From Flectonema sp. DT1601 (taxonomy: Eukaryota), in assembly GCA_964019425.1 (NCBI GenBank), contig OZ025803.1, positions 558,001-622,000 on the forward strand: 64,000 nt of DNA, written 5' to 3'. Both the position numbers and the translations under genes were made by a program. Below are positions 60,108-64,000 of this stretch, piece by piece. The notes under the pieces were generated by a model. That model had not been told where the DNA came from. It did not search any database and was given only the letters and a program-made list of their open reading frames with translations. Each line of letters opens with the position of its first letter. Positions within the stretch are counted from its first letter, which is position 1.

Positions 60108-61655
60108 CTAAATCTCTGTCAATGCCTTCAGTAAGTAAGTGCTAAGTTTTTCATTTTCATAAAGCCCGTTAAATGGAGATTCCAAGTTAGTGTTTGGTGC
60201 AGCTGAAAGCTTATTTGTCTTCTTATGAGATTGACGCGTTTCTAATTTGTGTTTGTTCTTCGTTGTTGAATGCTTTTTAGAGTTGAAGATCTTTATTTTT
60301 TTAGATTTTTGCTTCTGATTAAATTGAATGCGTTGAGACTGTTTTTGCTGATACTCAACTTGTTCTGACTGTGTTAATGTTTTTGTTGGGATGTGTGAAG
60401 GAAGACGAAGACCTTTCCACTTCATAAACATGATTTCACGAAACTTAAACGAATCAGGACAGCTACTCATCAAAATAGAAAACAGCAACTCTGACGCACC
60501 TTTAGAGTCATCAATTGCAATCAAACAACGAAGCATTGAAATATAAATATGTTCAGAAGGAGGATTCTCTACTAGTGTTCGGTTAAACAAATCAGATGCC
60601 TCTTTGAATAGATAATTAACTTTAGAAATTTCTTTTTTAAACTTTTGAATTTCAATAAGTTTCGCGTATGTGTGTATTACAAGCGTGTACGTAATGGCGG
60701 AGGGATGGCGTGTGTTTTTGAATAAATTTAAGACTTCGACGTAGTGTTTGGGATCTTGTCTACCAGCTGATTTGTATACAGAAATAAGAGTGTTTCGTAC
60801 TAGTAGATTTTCTGATATCGTAGGTTCGTTATGATAGATTTTATTTGCAAAATCGACATCTGGAACAGACCATTTAGAGATAGCTGACAGTAATGATGAT
60901 GTGTGCCTTTCAGATAATTTCACTCCCTCCTTTTCAAGATCAGAAATAATTTTGAGAGCTTCACTCTTGCTTCGAACCTTCCCTAATAGAGTCACATAGG
61001 TAGCTGGATCTTTTTGAAATTTGTTATCGTTTTTCTTATTAAACAAACGCTGCAGCTCTCCCACTGATCGTCTACTTTGAAAGACAGGTAGGATGGCGTT
61101 GTACATTTCATTTGAAAAATTATTACTTTTCCTAAAAATTTTAATAGCCTCATCATAAGATGATTTCATTACGAGTGATGTAGTAATTTGTGTCCAGGTG
61201 ACAGGTGTTGGTTGAATAATCAAATCACGCATCTCATCAAGAGCTTCCAAGGCTTTATCGACGTCACCACAATCAAGACAAGCAGTTATATAAGCTTGGT
61301 AGCTGTAGGGTCCTATGTCAGTTGCTATAATCTGAATTTGCTTCCAATCTTCTTCCAATTGAGTTCGATATTCTTTTTGAAGTTTAATATGGATCGGTTG
61401 CATTTTTTGTTTATTCGTAACTGCAACGTCTGGTCGGATACCTGCTTGATTTCTAGCAGCCTGTCCATACCTCGACTCTAACATTCTCATAACGTCATGA
61501 TCTTTGTGAAGTTTTAAATATGAAGGATGAAGGTTCTTGAATTCCATGTTTCGGATGTGAGGCCATTTTGACTGTTCAACTATCTCATCAATGTGTTTGC
61601 TGAACATCCGAACACCATGTCGTCGTGACACCCGATAAGAATGTCGTATTATCAT
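60108..61655 (-). CDS. Pentatricopeptide-repeat (PPR) protein, 515 aa, probably mitochondrial RNA-binding
   Basis: Tandem PPR-like motifs of about 35 aa: YSYQAYITACLDCGDVDKALEALDEMRDLIIQPT, PVTWTQITTSLVMKSSYDEAIKIF, EMYNAIL, PATYVTLLGK...EALKIISDLEKEGVKLS, VRNTLISVY, AITYTLVIHTYAK, HIYISMLRCL. Arg/Ser-rich, acid-free N-terminus (MIIRHSYRVSRRHGVRMFS). Basic low-complexity C-terminal tail. Confidence 0.88.
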   Translation of the reverse strand: MIIRHSYRVSRRHGVRMFSKHIDEIVEQSKWPHIRNMEFKNLHPSYLKLHKDHDVMRMLESRYGQAARNQAGIRPDVAVTNKQKMQPIHIKLQKEYRTQLEEDWKQIQIIATDIGPYSYQAYITACLDCGDVDKALEALDEMRDLIIQPTPVTWTQITTSLVMKSSYDEAIKIFRKSNNFSNEMYNAILPVFQSRRSVGELQRLFNKKNDNKFQKDPATYVTLLGKVRSKSEALKIISDLEKEGVKLSERHTSSLLSAISKWSVPDVDFANKIYHNEPTISENLLVRNTLISVYKSAGRQDPKHYVEVLNLFKNTRHPSAITYTLVIHTYAKLIEIQKFKKEISKVNYLFKEASDLFNRTLVENPPSEHIYISMLRCLIAIDDSKGASELLFSILMSSCPDSFKFREIMFMKWKGLRLPSHIPTKTLTQSEQVEYQQKQSQRIQFNQKQKSKKIKIFNSKKHSTTKNKHKLETRQSHKKTNKLSAAPNTNLESPFNGLYENEKLSTYLLKALTEI

Positions 61656-61684
61656 TTCATTATTGTAGATAAAGATGTCATCAT

Positions 61685-61715
61685 CTGAGGAAAAAGGGGG
61701 GAAAAGGAAATAATA
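61685..61715 (-). promoter_or_regulatory. Putative (trans-)splice acceptor with polypyrimidine tract for the PPR gene
   Basis: Minus strand TTTCCTTTTCCCCCCTTTTTCCTCAG| lies 29 nt upstream of the ORF ATG. Confidence 0.7.
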
Positions 61716-61970
61716 ACTATTTCATTAAACTTTTTTAATTATATAAATTAAATAAACCAAACTCAGCTACCATAGAGAGGACAGAATACGGGAATAGAAC
61801 ATGTCCGCTACTGTGGAGACTAATTCTAAAAGCATCCGTACTCGATGAATAGCATGACAAAATTGTGCGACTTCTATTACTTTCTGCGTTGGTAGCTTCA
61901 TCACTAATTGTGTAGTTTGTAAGTATTTTTTCTTTTACCCCTTTCAACTCATAATATATAAGAAACAGAA

Positions 61971-61974
<4 letters not shown>

Positions 61975-62001
<27 letters not shown>

Positions 62002-62560
62002 CCTTTTTGCCACCTCCCTTTTTTCGGAAGGATTCCCTGCTTAGGAATTTAAATAAAAAGTTTTTTTCTCGCAACCTTTTCTTCATTCACGCCGGGTGTA
62101 GTTTTTTTTTTCTTTTCTTTTTTTTCTCTGTCTCGGTTTTTTTTTTTTCCTTCTTCATCTTTAAAGCTTTTCTTCCCCAAGCGTTAGCTGTGTCGTCCGT
62201 GTATAAGTAAAACGAACAGAGCCAACTCGTGTTTTTTTTTTTTTTTTTTTTTTCTTTTTTCAAAACTATCCCTCAACCGAGGAGTGCCCAAAGCACTCCT
62301 TCCTTTCAATTTTTTTTTTACGAAAAGAAAAAAAAAAATACTCCTCTTTATTTAATTTCGTTCCTATCCAGGTATGTAACATGCTGTAAGGCAACGCGCA
62401 ATACTTGCGCCCACGTCCTTCTTTAGCAGCAATATTCTTTTTCATTCATTATTTTCCAACGAAAAAAAAGAAAATCTAATTATAAAAAAAAAAAAAAAAA
62501 AAACAAAGAAAAAAAAATGAAATTAAGAGAGACAGCCAAAGAAAAAAAAGTTAGCCAGGA
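61975..62560. repeat. Low-complexity intergenic DNA with long poly-T and poly-A runs
   Basis: Several homopolymer runs of 10 to more than 20 nt. Similar DNA occurs at 63750-64000. Confidence 0.85.
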
Positions 62561-62938
62561 AAAAGGCCGTCGTGTTCACTATTCGAGCATTTGAGAAAGT
62601 TTAAAGGCATACAAAACACTGAAGTAGCCATAATCGTAGAATCGACATAATCACTCTCCTTGTTAAGAAGACCTACGAAGCGCGATTATTTGCGGATTTG
62701 GTTAGTTTTTTTCCATCAAAATAAAAGTGTTTCGGGTTTGCTGGGGAAGTTATAGCACATACATGTATCACACTCGGGACCTAGAGAAACTGCTTCACAA
62801 ATTCCTTTATATAGAACCAGGAAGGTTAAAGTCTCTTGGTAAGGCAACATGCACAGAACCATCACTTCATATGTAACACGATCAACAATATGAAATGACG
62901 TAAAGTCTTTTACTTGACTTATCGATCAAATAATATTA

Positions 62939-63448
62939 TTATGCTGAACACTTAACAACCGACTGATTATCGTCTTTTGGTAACCACGTAGCCCAGGGGG
63001 AAACATGTCTCCGAATGTCTGCTTCACGAGGTTGGATGTGAAACTTTTGTGCTCTGCAGCTGTCACCACGTTGACCGTAAGTTTGTTGTGGTGAATCAGT
63101 AAATGTCGGTGGTAGTGGAGGAGATGACGGAACAGATTGCGGAGGAACATACTCACTATAACCTGCTGTAGAGCTGTACATAAGCGGTGCTTGAGAATGA
63201 TAATGTTCAGTAGGTGGGTACAACCCTTCCTGAGTTGGTGTGTACTGAGGTTGAGGAGGATACCCATTTTCATAATATCCTTCCCATCCATTCATTGCAG
63301 GTGGTGGTACTGATGACGTATCAACTCCATAACCACTATCTTCATAAAGACCTTCGTATGCATTCTCTTCATAAGATGGTTCTTGCGGAACATTTCTCCA
63401 TGTGGCCCACGGAGACACGTTGCGACGTCCACCTTTACCTCCTTTCAT
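62939..63448 (-). CDS. Hypothetical 169-aa Tyr/Pro/Gln/Ser-rich protein with a duplicated RR[N/H]VSPWATW motif
   Basis: ATG-started ORF forming a GC-richer island in AT-rich DNA, A-rich start context, upstream acceptor, and an internal peptide repeat conserved despite fully diverged synonymous codons. Confidence 0.8.
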   Translation of the reverse strand: MKGGKGGRRNVSPWATWRNVPQEPSYEENAYEGLYEDSGYGVDTSSVPPPAMNGWEGYYENGYPPQPQYTPTQEGLYPPTEHYHSQAPLMYSSTAGYSEYVPPQSVPSSPPLPPTFTDSPQQTYGQRGDSCRAQKFHIQPREADIRRHVSPWATWLPKDDNQSVVKCSA

Positions 63449-63469
63449 TTTTAAACTGTTTTTGTTGGA

Positions 63470-63484
63470 CTGAAAAGAAAAATA
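63470..63484 (-). promoter_or_regulatory. Putative (trans-)splice acceptor for the 169-aa gene
   Basis: Minus strand TATTTTTCTTTTCAG| lies 21 nt upstream of the ATG. An alternative CAG is at 63456-63458. Confidence 0.6.
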
Positions 63485-64000
63485 TTTTTTGTCTGTATCA
63501 ACTCTGTTTAATTATTCTAAAGAAGTATTCATGGGAATTGAGAGCTGTTGTAAGACACCAACCGAAAATAAAAATCGTGTGAAAAATGACAGTTTGCTCA
63601 GATGGTTTTCTGCTTCTTTTTTTTTTTCTTCTGTTGTTCATTATTTTTCCCCACACCCTTTCTCTACCCCCCACCCAGGGAAATTTAATTACGGGACCCG
63701 AATAAGTCTCTGAAGCGTAAAGCAATCACAGTTTGTAGTGCAAGCGAGGCGGTTTTTTTTTTTTTTTTTTTTAAATTTAATTAGGTAATATAACACAAGT
63801 GAACATGCTCTCAGTTATAGTAAAAAAGTAAAAATTTGTGTTTTCTTTCTTTCTTTTTTTTTTTTTTGAACAGGGTGATTTTTAAAAATAAATAAATAAA
63901 AATAGTAAAGCGACGAGATAGCATGACACTGATATTTCCAATTCTTTCTTTTTTTTTTTCTTTTTTCTGTTTTTTATTTTTTTGTTAAAAATTATTCTTT

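Noticed and set aside
61735..62426. Short ORFs between the PPR and 169-aa genes, and others at 59795-60052, 61188-61481, 62926-63291 and 63214-63725
   Set aside because: Poly-Lys or poly-Phe translations of A/T runs, or shadows of real genes, with no supporting features.
62939..62956. C-terminal VKCSA as a CaaX prenylation signal
   Set aside because: The Cys is third from the end, not fourth.

Overview
Eukaryotic genomic DNA, most likely from a euglenozoan (kinetoplastid/diplonemid-like; this is inferred, not verified). Positions 1-59947 are a head-to-tail tandem array of a 1914-bp unit (31 complete gene copies plus one partial copy cut by the left window edge). Each unit carries one intronless minus-strand gene for a 325-aa papain-family (C1A) cathepsin L-like prepro-cysteine protease. 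It resembles the catalytic domain of trypanosomatid cruzipain/CPB but lacks their C-terminal extension. The copies are nearly identical. Two shared SNPs occur in all four combinations, one spacer has a 7-bp deletion, and several homopolymer indels (including a frameshift in one copy) look like long-read errors. The array ends at 59947. The AT-rich unique DNA beyond it holds two more minus-strand, intronless genes: a 515-aa PPR protein with a probable mitochondrial presequence, and a 169-aa Tyr/Pro-rich orphan protein bracketed by a duplicated RR[N/H]VSPWATW motif. All three gene types have a polypyrimidine tract plus CAG 21-29 nt upstream of the ATG, consistent with polycistronic transcription and spliced-leader trans-splicing. 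I found no clearly new multi-gene system. The best leads are the scale and dynamics of the protease array, a sense-strand-specific structured 3' UTR in every unit, the orphan motif protein and a uORF overlapping the PPR start codon.
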